DNA of 60,395 bases from Octopus sinensis (GCF_006345805.1 NW_021834627.1:1-60395); one strand, 5' to 3'; shown: positions 1-14,046, counted from the first letter of the stretch. The notes: generated from the letters alone by a model not told the origin. Numbers and translations: made by a program.

Positions 1-409
1 CACACAACACCACACACACACGCACACACGCACACCCGTTTTCCTTCTTTCGATTCCCCTCCATAGAATCCTTTCCCCCGTCACTTTCACATTACAACCC
101 ACAAATGCAAACACAAACGCACACACAAACACACCAACACCTACAACCGTCCTCGCCCACCCACTCCCCCCCCCCCCCCCGCACCGCCACTCCGCCACTC
201 CGCCACACCCCTTTCACCTTATTACAACTTAACCCTCCGCCCACTACCATTGTGACATCCGTGTACTTTTATTGGTTTTAATTAGTGCTCCCTCTCCTTC
301 CCGTTCCCAACCTCATTATACAACCCAGGTACCGTTCGCTTTAAACTGAACGCGATAACATCGGGAAAAAAACACCGAACAACGCTCCCTCAAATCACAT
401 ACGCTAACA

Positions 410-906
<497 letters not shown>

Positions 907-962
907 CCCCCTCTCTCTCTCTATCTATCATATAATGTGACTCGATGAAGTGTTTGATATGT

Positions 963-1030
963 AAGTTGGGATAGTCACGGTTGGAACGCTTTTGATCAAA
1001 GGTCTGATCGACCAGGCTCTGGAGCGGGGG
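963..1030 (+). mobile_element. Old dispersed-repeat tail fragment
   Basis: GGATAGTCACGGTTGGAACGCTTTTGATCA is the near reverse complement of TGATCAAAAGGCGTTCCAGCTGTGACC at ~53239-53265 and of GGCGTTCCAGCTGTGACCATCC at ~45134-45155. Confidence 0.6.
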
Positions 1031-1608
1031 AAGAGAGGAAAAAAACGGCTTTAAGCTGATTAATTCCCGGGGTTTGAATGGGACAAGACAGGGAGAGATA
1101 AGGCGAGGGAGCCAAATAGAGAAAGAAAGATAGAGACGAGCCAGAGAGGGTGAGAGAGGGAGAAAGAGATATATATAGAGAGAGAGACAGATAGACAGAG
1201 ACGAAACAGAGAGAGATAGAGAGTAAAACAGAGACAGGGAGAGAGAAGCAGAGAGTGAGATAAACAGACAAAGAGAGAGGGAGAAACATACAGACCGAAA
1301 GTAAGAAAGAGACAAGGAAACAGAGAGAAATAAAGAGACAAAAAGAGATAAAGAAAATTATATATATTTTTATATTTTAGTTTCTTTTGATCCGTTATTT
1401 TTTTTAGTTCGTTATTGTTTATTTGTGCACTTTTTAAACATTTTTTTTTTTTGCTTTGTATAATTTGTATGCCATTTTCTTTTTATTTGCTTCACGTTTC
1501 TTTGAATTAATTTACAGGTTTTAATTGTTGTTTTAATTCGTTCCCATCACGCCCTCATCACTTCCCTCCCCCTCTCTCTTTCTCTCTCGCTCACTCTCTC
1601 TTTCTCTC

Positions 1609-1645
<37 letters not shown>

Positions 1646-1799
1646 CAAGCTCCAAACCAGCAATTTCTTTATAATTTTAATTGTCAGTGAACAGCTTCAC
1701 ATACTGACATTTAGCAGAGAATTTTGTGGAATTTCATTTAATATTGTCACATTTACATCTCTCTCTCTCTCTCCCTCCCCTTCTCTCTATCTCTCTATC

Positions 1800-2105
1800 T
1801 ATCTCCCTCACCTTTTTTTTTTCCATTTCCGGTCGATTTTATGTCTGGGGACAGCATTCAACCCCGACCGTTTGTCCTCCACAGATGAAGTACAGAAGTG
1901 ACTCAGCGATGATTTGGACAGCCATATCACAAAATTCTCTTGGCCTTTTAATTGCTACACATGCAAGTTTTTACACATTAACGCCAAGGATTTATCCAAG
2001 TATTTTAACTGATCGTGTCCATCTTATGGTGCAAAGAGTGTTTTCCTGACGACAGCACAAATCTTCCAGAATGATAATGCGCCGATTTACGTGGCTAATG
2101 TTATT
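1800..2105 (+). mobile_element. Tc1-family transposase remnant (DDE core fragment, frameshifted)
   Basis: Translates as SGRFYVW...AMIWTAIS...ILTDRVHLMVQRVF then IFQNDNAPIY, matching Tc1 motifs GRVYVWR / VMVWGAIS / FQDDNAPIH. Confidence 0.85.
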
Positions 2106-2409
2106 TTTATGCTCCAAAAGGGAGGGCACTCCTCACAAAACTCAGGGGAGCCATGAGTTTGTTTTCGTTTTCGTTTTTCTTTCTGGTATCAACGAGAGAC
2201 CTGTCAGGCATTCAGCGGCTCCTTGGGCCAATGCACCGGTTGAACCCTTGATAATGAAGCCGAAAATAGATGTTTTCATAACAGTATATGGATTTTTGAC
2301 TGCAGTATGCAGAAACATATTTTTAAACTTGAGAAGATGTAAGTAATATGTTCGGGAGTGACTGTTTTTGATAACATTATCCGGGAATAGTAATAAATAG
2401 CTTCCTCTG

Positions 2410-2574
2410 TGGCTGCGCGTGCGTGCGTGTGTGCATGCGTGTATGCGTTTGTGTATGTACATACATATACATGTATACATGTTTGCATGTGTATATGCAC
2501 ACACACACACACACATATATATAATACATACATTTATATATATATATATATCCATACATACATACATACATACA

Positions 2575-2609
<35 letters not shown>

Positions 2610-2707
2610 ATACATACATACATACATACATACATTCATATATATATATATAACATACATACATACATACATACATTCATAATAATATATATATATATAT
2701 ATATATA
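2410..2707. repeat. Compound (CA)/(TA)/(ATAC) microsatellite
   Basis: Direct reading. Confidence 0.95.
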
Positions 2708-3574
2708 TTAAGGTATGTAGAAAAATACAACATGGACAAGAACGTATAACTCATAGAAGACGATACAATAAACATGGACAGGACATTCGAAGCCCTCAGT
2801 CTTCAGTCAAGAACCGGATCATCGTAGTAATTTCGGCTGATTAATCTTGAGATTACTAGATCACGGCCAGCCCTCCAAGAAAAACTAAGCTGGAAGCGTA
2901 GATTTCCTGGAAGAAGGATCGAATGCATACGAACACCAGGACAGCAAAAGGGACAGATATAAAAAAAAAAAACAAAAAACAATAATGGAATACAGAAACA
3001 TGAAATACAGAAGCATTAACGGTGAAAACAACAAGTGTCTTACGACTGATAACAAGCAAACAAATTTTTTCTCTGGCGCATTGGAAAAAGCCTTTATAGC
3101 GGCGGACGAAAAACAACGATGTTAACACGACGAGGGTCAGGAGCTGAAAGGCAGATTTCGGCCAACAGTCACGTGACAGAGAAGAGGGAAAAGAAAAGAA
3201 AGAGAAGCAAAGGAAGAGAGAGAGAGAAAAGGGGGACAAAACGCAACAAAGAGAGAGAAGAGAGGAAAGAAGAATCAGAGAGGAGAAGGGATGGGTGTCG
3301 AAGAATGACCTGTGAGTGCAGAGCGAGACAAAGAAATAGGAGGGTAGTGGAAGACTAGACCAAAGGATCAGAGGAAAGAGAAGATGAATAGAGAGAAAGT
3401 AAAAATGAGAGAGAGAGAGAGACAAACAAAGATCGTACCAATTATTAAGAATATGTGTTCACATTAATGATAAGGGGGGTACGGGGCGCCTGGAATATAT
3501 GTTAAGGTATGTAGAAAAATACAACATGGACACGAACGTATAACTCATAGAAGACGATACAATAAACATGGACA
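2708..3574 (-). mobile_element. Unclassified dispersed repeat (family X) inserted in (TA)n, with 73-bp direct terminal redundancy
   Basis: 2708-2780 is repeated at 3502-3574; homologous copies at 48955-49520 and (inverted, partial) 44538-44672; strand inferred. Confidence 0.75.
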
Positions 3575-3891
<317 letters not shown>

Positions 3892-4286
3892 GTGTCGTAT
3901 GTGTATTTTCATTTTCCTGTCGTTTCACTCTCATTTCACTCCTTCGATAATAGAGTAGACCACAATTGTTTATGTTTCAATAATTTTTTTTCTCTCTATA
4001 TATATATATTTATTGTTAAGAATTTTCAAGATTGAATAATAGAGTTCGAAATGTCAAGAAAGTCAATTTCTCTGGAAATGAAAATTAATCTATGAAATCA
4101 ACTTCAAAATAGAAAGAGGTGAACACAGCCAATGGAACAATTGTCGGAACAATATAAAAGAAAAAAGAAAAAAAAAACAGAGCTACTATAATCGCTGGGT
4201 CTCCAGTGACTGTAAAAAAAAATACGTACATAGGAATATTATGGAAACAATGGAAAAAGAGTTAACATGCAGTTTACCGTCTTAAC

Positions 4287-5587
4287 AATGTGAAAGTATA
4301 TTGTCCTAAAAAAATGAAAGTAAATGGCGATTGAAATTGAAAATGACAACAGTGTCGTCATAACAATGTGAAAGTGAAAGTATGTTGTCCTAGAAATATT
4401 GAAATTGCGATTGAGACCGAAAGTGATTACAATGGCGTCGTAATAATGTGAAAGTATGTTGTCCTAAAAAAATGTAAGTAAATTGCGATTGAAACCGGGA
4501 GTGACGACAGTGACGTCACAATAATGTGAAAGTATGTTATCCTAAAAATATGAAAGTAAATTGCGATTGAAACCGGAAGTGACGACAGTGGCGTTGTAAT
4601 AATGTGTAAGTATGTTATCCTAAAAAAATGAAAGTAAATTGCGATTGAAACCGGAAGTAACAACAGTGGCATCGTAATAATTTGAAAGTATGTTGTCCTA
4701 AAAAAATGAAAGTAAATTGCGATTAAAACCGGGAGTGACGACAGTGGCGTCGTAATAATGTGAAAGTATGTTGTCCTAAAAAAATGAAAGTAAATTGCGA
4801 TTGAAACCGGGAGTGACGACAGTGGCGTCACAATAATGTGAAAGTATGCTATCCTAAAAAAATGAAAGTAAATTGCGATTGAAACCGGGAGTGACGACAG
4901 TGGCGTCACAATAATGTGAAAGTATGTTGTCCTAAAAAAATGAAAGTAAATTGCGATTGAAACCGGAAGTAACAACAGTGGCATCGTAATAATGTGAAAG
5001 TATGTTGTCCTAAAAAATGAAAGTGAATTGCGATTAAAACCGGAAGTGACGACAGTGGCGTTGTAATAATGTGAAAGTATGTTGTCCTAAAAAAATGAAA
5101 GTAAATTGCGATTGAAACCGGGAGTGACGACAGTGGCGTCACAATAATGTGAAAGTATGTTATCCTAAAAAAATGAAAGTAAATTGCGATTGAAACCGGG
5201 AGTGACGACAGTGGCGTCACAATAATGTGAAAGTATGTTATCCTAAAAAAATGAAAGTAAATTGCGATTGAAACCGGAAGTAACAACAGTGGCATCGTAA
5301 TAATGTGAAAGTATGTTGTCCTAAAAAAATGAAAGTAAATTGCGATTGAAACCGGAAGTAACAACAGTGGCATCGTAATAATGTGAAAGTATGTTGTCCT
5401 AAAAAATGAAAGTGAATTGCGATTAAAACCGGAAGTGACGACAGTGGCGTTGTAATAATGTGAAAAAAAATGAAAATTGTGATTGAAACCGGAAGTGACG
5501 ACAGTGACGTCGTAATAATGTGAAAGCATGTAATCCTAAAAAAATGAAAGTAAATTGCGATTGAAACCGGAAGTGACGAGAGTGGCA
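4287..5587. repeat. 78-bp minisatellite, about 16-17 copies
   Basis: Unit AATGTGAAAGTATGTTGTCCTAAAAAAATGAAAGTAAATTGCGATTGAAACCGGAAGTGACGACAGTGGCGTCGTAAT; 26-aa periodicity in the minus-strand ORFs. Confidence 0.97.
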
Positions 5588-6027
5588 CACAAATATTTCA
5601 CAAAACACGTTTGATATCCGATAGGTGGACTTCCTATTATGAGTCTAAGCAACTTCTACACTTATTAGCCCTTTCAACTACTCACTCAGTTTTGTTGATC
5701 CAAACGATGATAATGTCCGTAAATAGACTGGTGAAGGGCAATGGATAATGGCCAAGAAGGGACTTAGACAGCGATGTAGGATTACTGATGCTTTATTTCA
5801 TGCCATTTCTTCATGAGCATGTGTAGCGAAACGAGTTTAGGGATCGTGAAAGAAAATATTCATGAATCTCATTTCGTGCATCAATGACTGCCATATTTTT
5901 CCGTAAATGCGATTGTTTTCATCTTATATAAAACATATCCACAGCTTTCATGTTATAGTAAATATATACACGATCTGGAGATTGGTTATGTCACATACAT
6001 TCTTTGCATGAAATTATGGGGTGTCAG

Positions 6028-6396
6028 GGGAGTGGCTGTGTGGTAAGTAGCTTGCTTACCAACCACATGGTTCCGGGTTCAGTCCCACTGCGTGGCACCT
6101 TGGGCAAGTGTCTTCTACTATAGCCTCAGGCCGACCAAAGCCTTGTGAGTGGATTTGGTAGACGGAAACTGAAAGAAGCCCGTCGTATATATGTATATAT
6201 ATGTGTGTGCGTATGTTTGTGTGTCTGTGTTTGTCTCTCCAGCATCGCTTGACAACTTAGTGGTTCGGCAAAAGAGAACGATAGAATAAGTAGAAGGCTT
6301 ACAAAGAATAGGTCCTGGGGTCGATTTGCTCGATTAAAGGCGGTGCTCCAGCATGGCTACATTCAAATGACTGAAACAAGTAAAGGAGTAAAAGAG
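6028..6396 (+). mobile_element. tRNA-derived SINE family A (CORE-like, octopus OR/OK-type)
   Basis: A-box TGGCTGTGTGG, B-box GGTTCAGTCCC, CORE-like ACCTTGGGCAAGT, internal TA/TG tract, (GTAAAAGA)n tail. Confidence 0.9.
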
Positions 6397-6497
6397 TACT
6401 TTCATTTTTCTTTTCTGACAATACACTTTCACCTTTTTCAACGGTAAACTGCCTGTCAAACCTTTCGCCATTGTTTCCTTAATATTTCTTTGTATGT

Positions 6498-7250
6498 AAG
6501 GAGGCGAGCTGACAGAAACGTTTGCACGCCGGGCGAAATGTGTAGCCGTATTTCGTCTGCCGTTACGTTCTGAGTTCAAATTCCGCCAAAGTCGACTTTG
6601 CCTTTCATCCTTTCAGGGTCGATAAATTAAGTACCAGTTACGCACTGGAGTCGATATAATCGATTTAATACGTTTCTCTGTCCTTGTTTGCCCTCTCTGT
6701 GTTTTGCTCCTTGTGGGTAGTAAAGAAATAGGTATTTCGTCTGCCGTTATGTTTTGAGTTCTAATTCCGCCGAGGTCGAGTATGTCTTTCATCCTTTCGG
6801 GGTCGATTAAATAAGTACCAGTTACGCACTGGGGTCGATATAATCGACTTAATCCGTTTGTATGTCCTTGTTTGTCCCCTCTATGTGAAGCCCCTTGTGA
6901 GTAGTAAAGAAATCAGTATTTCGTCTGTCTTTACGTTCTGAGTTCTAATTTTGCCTTCCATCTTTTCGGGGTCGATAAATTAAGTATCAATTGCGTACAG
7001 GGGTCGACCTAATCGACTGGCCCCCTCCCCAAAATTTCGGGTCTTGTGCCTAGAGTAGAAAAAGAATATTTCTTTGTATGTAAAGGCAAAGAGCTGGCAG
7101 AATCGTTAGCATTCCGACTTCATGTTCCGAGCTAAAATTCTGCCTATCATCCTTTCGGGTTCGATAAAATAAGTACAAAGTACCAGTTGAGCAATGGTGT
7201 CGATTATCCCCCTCCTCCGAAATTGCTGGCCTTGTGTCGAAATTTGAACA
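6498..7250 (+). mobile_element. tRNA-derived SINE family B multimer (one head plus tandem ~185-bp units) and an adjacent copy
   Basis: GGCGAGCTGACAGAAACG head, B-box GAGTTCAAATTCC, repeated GTCGACTTTGCCTTTCATCCTTTCGGGGTCGA domain. Confidence 0.9.
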
Positions 7251-7851
7251 CAGTATTTCTACTTAATGTATGGTGTTGCACAATCACACTCAGTGTCGAA
7301 ATTTTAGAGCCACGTATAATGCATACTAAATGACTGATTGACCACGCACACACACACACATATACACACACACATGCGTGTATGCACACACATGCGTGTA
7401 TGCACACACATGCGTGTATGCACACACATGTGCGTATACGTGGGAGTGTGTGTGTTTCATGGAGGAGGAAGAATGACTGATAAATCTTCAAAATCGATAA
7501 TAAATTACAATTTGATTTATTGCAGACACTTTTTCTTATCTTTTTATCTTTTACTGTTTTTGGTGGGGAGGGGGCGGGGCACAGCCTTGAAGGGTTTAGC
7601 TGAACAAATCGACCCCATCTCCCAAGTATTTTTAAGCCTGGTACACATTCTATTGACCTCTTTTGTTGAACCGCTAGCTCAAGGAGACATCAACATGCCA
7701 ACAACGGCTGAGAAGCGGTGGTGGACACGCACGTACACACACGTACACACACACACACACGTACGCACACACACACTCACACACACACATACACACACAC
7801 ACACTCACACACACACACATACACACACACTTATATACAGGAAATCAATGT

Positions 7852-7975
7852 CCTCACTTCCGGTTTCTATCGCAATTATTCTCATTTTTTTTTAGGATAG
7901 CACACTTCCGCTTTTTAGAATGGTAAACTTCATGTCAACCCTTTTCCCGTTGTTTCCATAATATTTTTCGGCATG
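7852..7975 (-). repeat. Inverted single copy of the 78-bp unit plus the array's left flank
   Basis: Reverse complement reads AATATTATGGAAACAACGGGAAAAGGGTTGACATGAAGTTTACC...CCTAAAAAAAATGAGAATAATTGCGATAGAAACCGGAAGTGA, homologous to ~4235-4350. Confidence 0.85.
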
Positions 7976-8169
7976 TATGGTATTACACGTGTGTACATGT
8001 GTGTATGTAAATTAATGTGGTAAACTGTTCTCTAATGATCTATTGTGGTTGAGCATCTAAACGCACTTGAAACACTTTTCGCAGGGCTCCGAACAATCAC
8101 ATTGATAAAAACGCGCGTAGGAGCTATAATATAAAGTCGTGCTTATTTCCCTAACACGTACATACATAC

Positions 8170-8623
8170 ATGGTGGCTGCCCCCTCGTTATCGAGTATGG
8201 TCATTGCACGAAGCTTAATCAATCTTGTTATCGTGCAATGCCTGTGCAAGAAGATTTTTTCTTTAAGTGAGGAAAGGCTGTGCACTGAGTCAATCCCACT
8301 CACTAAGCAACAGCAGCCATAATCCGAAAAGAAGAACAAGTCAACATCATCGGTAACCACTGAACCGCAGGTTTTATGTCGGAGTTATCCCAGTTAACTG
8401 AGTTACCTTCTCCTAGAAGGATACCCTAACAAAGGCTGGGAGTCCTTCACTCCCAATGGTTTAACCGCGCGATCGGGTATTCAGTCCGATTATTTCTATG
8501 TCCCCGCGCATGATACAGCCTTAAGCCATTTATTGGATGGCCGTTGACTCTCAAGAGTTCCTCTGGCCTTTGACAAGTTTTGTTTTTCATACCGCAGGGT
8601 GTCCAATAAGCACCCTCCTCACT
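8170..8623 (-). mobile_element. Non-autonomous RTE-derived element (5'UTR-like body plus RTE 3' tail) in (ATAC)n
   Basis: 3' 45 bp match the RTE tail at 42934-42978 at 43/45; contains CTAGGAGAAGGTAACTC, resembling an RTE 5'UTR motif; no tRNA A/B box seen. Confidence 0.7.
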
Positions 8624-9214
8624 ATACATACATACATACATACATACATACATACATACATACAACATACATACATACATTCATATACATTACACAAAAG
8701 GTTACCCAATCAAATCCACTTACAAGACTTTGATCGGCCCGGGGCTATAGTAGAAGACACCCACCCAAGATGCCGCACAGTGAAACTGAATCCAGAGTCA
8801 CGTGGTTGGAAAGCAAACTTTTTTTACCACGCAGCCACGTCTGAGAGTTTCGTGGTAATGGAAGTATCACTGATTAATTTTCAAAGTCACTAATAAAGTA
8901 CAGTTTGATTTATCAGAGATATTAATCAAATAAAATTTTAATTATGCTAAATTAGTCATTAATAAATTATCTTTAATAGTTATACAGTTTGTATATCGTT
9001 GTTGTTGCACTAAATATTGTTGCTTAAGCTCGGGTCTGTTATTAAATCTAAACCTAAATTACTCATTACGTCCTCCATTGCTATTGATGTTGGCGTTGTT
9101 GTTTTTATTGTTGCTTAGCTCCAAGGACGTTTTATTATTTTAATCTAAGTGTACAGTATCCATTTTGATCATGTTGTTGTTGTTTTTAAAGGCTCATAAG
9201 ATCACCGTCCCGGA

Positions 9215-9415
9215 TTCTGTGGCGTATATATGTATATTTCTCCCATTGGACAGGACACTAGTTCGTGACAGGATTACTCATTTTGTGCCTGCTAAGTGGA
9301 TTGGAACAACGTGAAATGAAGTGTTCTGCGCAAGAACACAACACGTCGCCTGCTACAGGAATCGAAACCACAATCTTACGGACATGAGTCCAACACCCTA
9401 ACCACTAAGCCACAG
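9215..9415 (-). mobile_element. tRNA-derived SINE family C
   Basis: Minus strand TGGCTTAGTGGTTAGG A-box and GGTTTCGATTCC B-box; homologous to 36405-36632 and 22110-22250. Confidence 0.8.
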
Positions 9416-9696
9416 CAGAGAAAGTCCAGATACAACCAGCCATCGCATTCAGGTTTATAAATATACCCCCCCCCACACCCACACACACTCACAGGCACAC
9501 ACACACACACGTACGCACACGCACAGCAAAAATACTAAGAATTACATACAAATCTTTCGCACTATTCAAAGCGCAGAAAATGTGGTCCGAAGATTGAGCG
9601 AATTTCCTCTACAAAACATCGTGTTTTAATTTCCATGGCGAAAAATTATCTAAATTCGCTGAAGATTCATTAAGCGAAACTGGTTTTTATTTATAA

Positions 9697-10090
9697 CTAG
9701 CAGTTATCGCCCGGCGTTGCTCGGGTTTGTTTCAACCCTTTAGAATTGGAATTTTTGAAAAGTAAAAATTTTGCATTATGTAGCTTGTTATTCTCTTTAA
9801 GTGAACATTTTTCTGGTTGAATTACAGCGAAAAACGGCGACACAGCAGTCAAAAAATCGTAAAAAATAGGGATTATCATAGAAAAAAAAGCACCTTTTTG
9901 AAGTAAATAATTTTTGGTGTTAACATGGTCCAATTTGAATTTTTTCTTCTACGGAAGGAAGAGCAAGCCTTCTTCTATCATACTCTTAATTTTGGTCAAC
10001 TTGCACCGCAGGTTCTCGGAGGAGATAGTGTTAGTTGAAGGCTACCAAACCTGCCATACACAGACAACTTCAGCTTTATATATAGAGAGA
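9697..10090 (-). mobile_element. Non-autonomous Helitron
   Basis: Minus strand 5'-TC...CCCGAGCAACGCCGGG hairpin...CTAG-3', between A and T; homologue at 41469-41840. Confidence 0.85.
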
Positions 10091-10341
10091 TTATTCTGTT
10101 TTTACAGCATCGTGATATAATCTGGTCATAGCTTTTGAAAACTAATGCAATCCTTCCTAATTTCGGCACAAGGCCAACAATTCTGAGGGTAGGGTAGGAG
10201 ACAAGTTGATTACATTTCCCCCGCTCCCCCTCCAGTACTTGAGTGATATTTTATCGACCCCCAAAAGGAATTTGAACTGAGGATGTAAAGAACCGGAAAA
10301 AATATTGCAATAATACTAAAAAATGTAGAGAAATGTTAACT

Positions 10342-10770
10342 AGGAGTGGCTGTGTGGTAAGTAGCTTGCTAACCAACCACATGGTTCCGTGTTCAGTCCC
10401 ACTGCGTGGCATCTTGGGCAAGTGTCTTCTGCTATAGGCCCGGGCCGACCAATGCCTTGTGAGTGGATTTCGTAGACGGAAACTGAATGAAGCCTGTCGT
10501 ATATATGTATATATATATATATATAATATATATATATTATATATATGTATGTGTGTGTGTGTGTTTGTGTTTGTCCCCCTAGCATTGCTTGACCACCGAT
10601 GCTGGTGTGTTTACGTCCCCGTCACTTAGCGGTTCGGCAAAAGAAACCGATAGAATACGTACTGGGCTTACAATAGAATAAGTCCCGGGGTCGAGTTGCT
10701 CGATTAAAGGTGGTGCTCCAGCATGGCCGCAGTCAAATGACTGAAACAAGTAAAAGAGTAAAAGAGAGAG
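10342..10770 (+). mobile_element. SINE family A, full length
   Basis: Near identity to the other family A copies. Confidence 0.92.
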
Positions 10771-10918
10771 TATACTGCTATCTGGAAGTAAATATAGAAA
10801 GCTAATGAGCTCAAATTATGAAGGTGTCAATGACTGTCGTTCTACTAAATAGATTTCCGTATCGTTTGTTGCTGACGGGTTGATGTTTATTCATATTGGA
10901 TTTTTTTTTCATATTATA

Positions 10919-11435
<517 letters not shown>

Positions 11436-11767
11436 ATCAATGTTTGATTCAGCATTTATAAAGAAGGGAGGTGGGAACGAAATAAAGTTGTGGCGTCTTT
11501 TTTTTACTAATGGATGGCAGAGGATTAGACGTAGAAATGATTTTTATCTGTGAATCCGCTAACTTCTAGTGCTTTATTTTAATAGACGGCCGTGTTGTCA
11601 ATGTTTTCTTAATTGGATAAATGAGAGAGAGAGACTCGTCTACTGATGTTATTAATCAGGTTTTTTAGAACTACCGGAGGGTGACTGGATCCTATATTGA
11701 TACATCTTATATCATGTTTTTTTTTAAAATCTCTTGTTTCATTCATTAAACTGCGGTCATGCTGGAG

Positions 11768-11844
<77 letters not shown>

Positions 11845-12539
11845 CATACATATATATATATACATACATACACACACACAAGATATATATATATATAATT
11901 CCGACGATAACTTAACTGACCGAAACCTCGAAGTGTCTGTCAATATTCTTCTTTAAGAATTATTGTGTGTGTGTGTGTTGTGTGTGTGTGTGTGTGTGTG
12001 TGTATAAATGAATGAATAAATGAGTGTGCGTGTGTGTGTGTGTGTGTGTGTACCCTAACGTCGAATAAACCATGGGTTCTGACCTTTTAATCTTCGTAAG
12101 AGAGCAGGGGTTTTTCTAGCGGAAATAATGATATTGTTATCATCCATATTGTTATATGTCTTAGCGATTGTTTGAGCCGTATGGAAACTGAGGAATAAAA
12201 TTCCACAATATCAAATCACATTAACTTGGGGCGGTTTTATTGTTTATACAATTAATCAGCTAACGACTATACTGCTGTTATTCCATTAGTAGAAATTAGT
12301 TAACTTTTCAAGCTTACTGCTCATATCACTTAAGGTTTGTCTTATTCACTATTCCGAATTTGGTTTGGCAGGATAGATTAATCTGCATTTTGGATTGAGG
12401 CATTATTCTTATGACCCTGGAGTATGACGTACGCTTAGCCTTTAGCTAAACATTCTAATGTATCATTAATGTCGTTCGTCTAACGATTATCCAACATCAT
12501 TGAATATGAAACCCTAAATCACGATGTATTATCTCAAAC

Positions 12540-12579
<40 letters not shown>

Positions 12580-12582
<3 letters not shown>

Positions 12583-13055
12583 TCACCATCATTTAACGTC
12601 CGTTGCCCATACTGGCATGGGTTAGACGGCTTGATCAGAACTGATAAGCTGGAAGGCTGCACCAGACTCCTGTCTGATTAGCATGGTTTTCTACGGCCGG
12701 ATGCCCTTCCTAACGAGAGTGTAATGGGTACTTTTACGTGCCACCGGTACAGGTGCCACTTGCGTGACACCGGTATCTTCCACAACTACGATTTTTCTCG
12801 GTTTGATGGGTCTTCTTCTCAAGCACGACATAATGCCAATGGTCTTGGTCATTGCTTCCATGAGCCCAAAACTCGAAAGAAACTCATCCACTTTACCTCC
12901 ATGAGAATCAACGCTCGAAAGGAACTCAGCCACTTTGCCTCCATGAGGCCCAACACTCAAAAGGTGCTCTTTATGTGCCAGTTACGTGACACCAGCATCA
13001 GCCATGACTACAATTTCATTTGGCTTGATGGATCTTCTCAAGCGCAGTATATCGC
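12580..13055 (-). mobile_element. Short retroposon with RTE-type tail
   Basis: Minus strand carries CGTTAGGAAGGGCATCCGGCCGTAGAAAACC and ends GGACGTTAAATGATGGTGATG. Confidence 0.6.
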
Positions 13056-13371
13056 CAAAATGCAAAATAGTCTGTTTTCCCTCAGTTAAAAATGATCATT
13101 CCATTAATATCAACTCCATGTTAGTCAACCTTTTCAATACGTAACGATTGCTGATTCCATTTAATAGCATTGCTATATTTGCGAAAATACTTTAATAAGT
13201 TCTTCCAATACAAAAGATGGTTCGATCTGGTTGTCCCCAAAAAAGTCTACGCTAAGAGCATTAGACCTCTTTGTAAGAAAGCTAGCGAATGTGTACGACA
13301 ACAAAGACGGAAAAAAACAAAAACAAAAAGCAGAGAACATGGTACACAATTACGAATACAACAACAAGATC

Positions 13372-13565
13372 GGAGACGTGCCGCCTGGGTAGGCAAGGTA
13401 GGCAGTGCCTACTCTGAATAAAATAGATCGATAGTAACATTCTCCTTTTATGGCAAAATATGCACCTAATTCACTAAAATTATGAAGGGCACTCTAATTA
13501 CTATGCATAAAATGTAAATATCCATTTTTTTTTTGTAGATTAGGTAGGGATAATTCGCCCCTGCC
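13372..13565. mobile_element. Possible Harbinger-like MITE remnant
   Basis: GGGTAGGCAAGGTAGGCAGTGCCTAC subterminal motif; distal TTCGCCCCTG; TIR pairing poor. Confidence 0.35.
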
Positions 13566-14046
13566 TTTCAATTTCAGTATTAAAACTACGCATGGAACTG
13601 CTGTGGTACACATGCTGCGTGCATTCCTACAACAACGTTCTCTTTACGCGCTATAAAGACAGAAGTAATTCTGCCTCCAACTCAGTCGCGCGCCTGTATT
13701 TCGCTTACATTTTTGCGTGTTTTACTACATAAGCGCCACCAACTGCATACCCTGAGTAATTATTATATATGTAAGGATACTATAACATGAGGATGGAGGA
13801 TAACAAGCTTTAATAGTTGATCACGTTTGTTTCTGCACAGCACACAAGCTTTAAGTTGCTGAGTTTATAATCAAAGGCTATTATAGAACATTCTTTATAA
13901 TTATTATACAGTTGAATGCTGTTCAGCAACAGCCGTGTATGATTGCTTCGTCAGAGCGGAATACGATTTATTCTTGTTGGATTTTTCTGGATACTATCTA
14001 TCTAATCTATTTATCTATCGTATTATTTATACATACATATATATAT

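Noticed and set aside
985-1003. Paired TCF-like sites TTTTGATCAAAG
   Set aside because: Lies within a dispersed repeat fragment also present near 45135 and 53240.
4427-5608. Repetitive 26-aa ORFs and a CRISPR-like look of the array
   Set aside because: Pure tandem repeat with no unique spacers, frame broken by A-run indels, no cas genes, eukaryotic context.
5745-5900. Possible Tc1 transposase N-terminus inside the inverted-repeat pair
   Set aside because: Similarity too weak to support by eye.
6028-6100. tRNA genes at SINE heads
   Set aside because: A and B boxes run into SINE bodies; no complete cloverleaf.
11898-11940. CCGACGA...GAAAC hammerhead-like string
   Set aside because: Core mismatch and no convincing helices.
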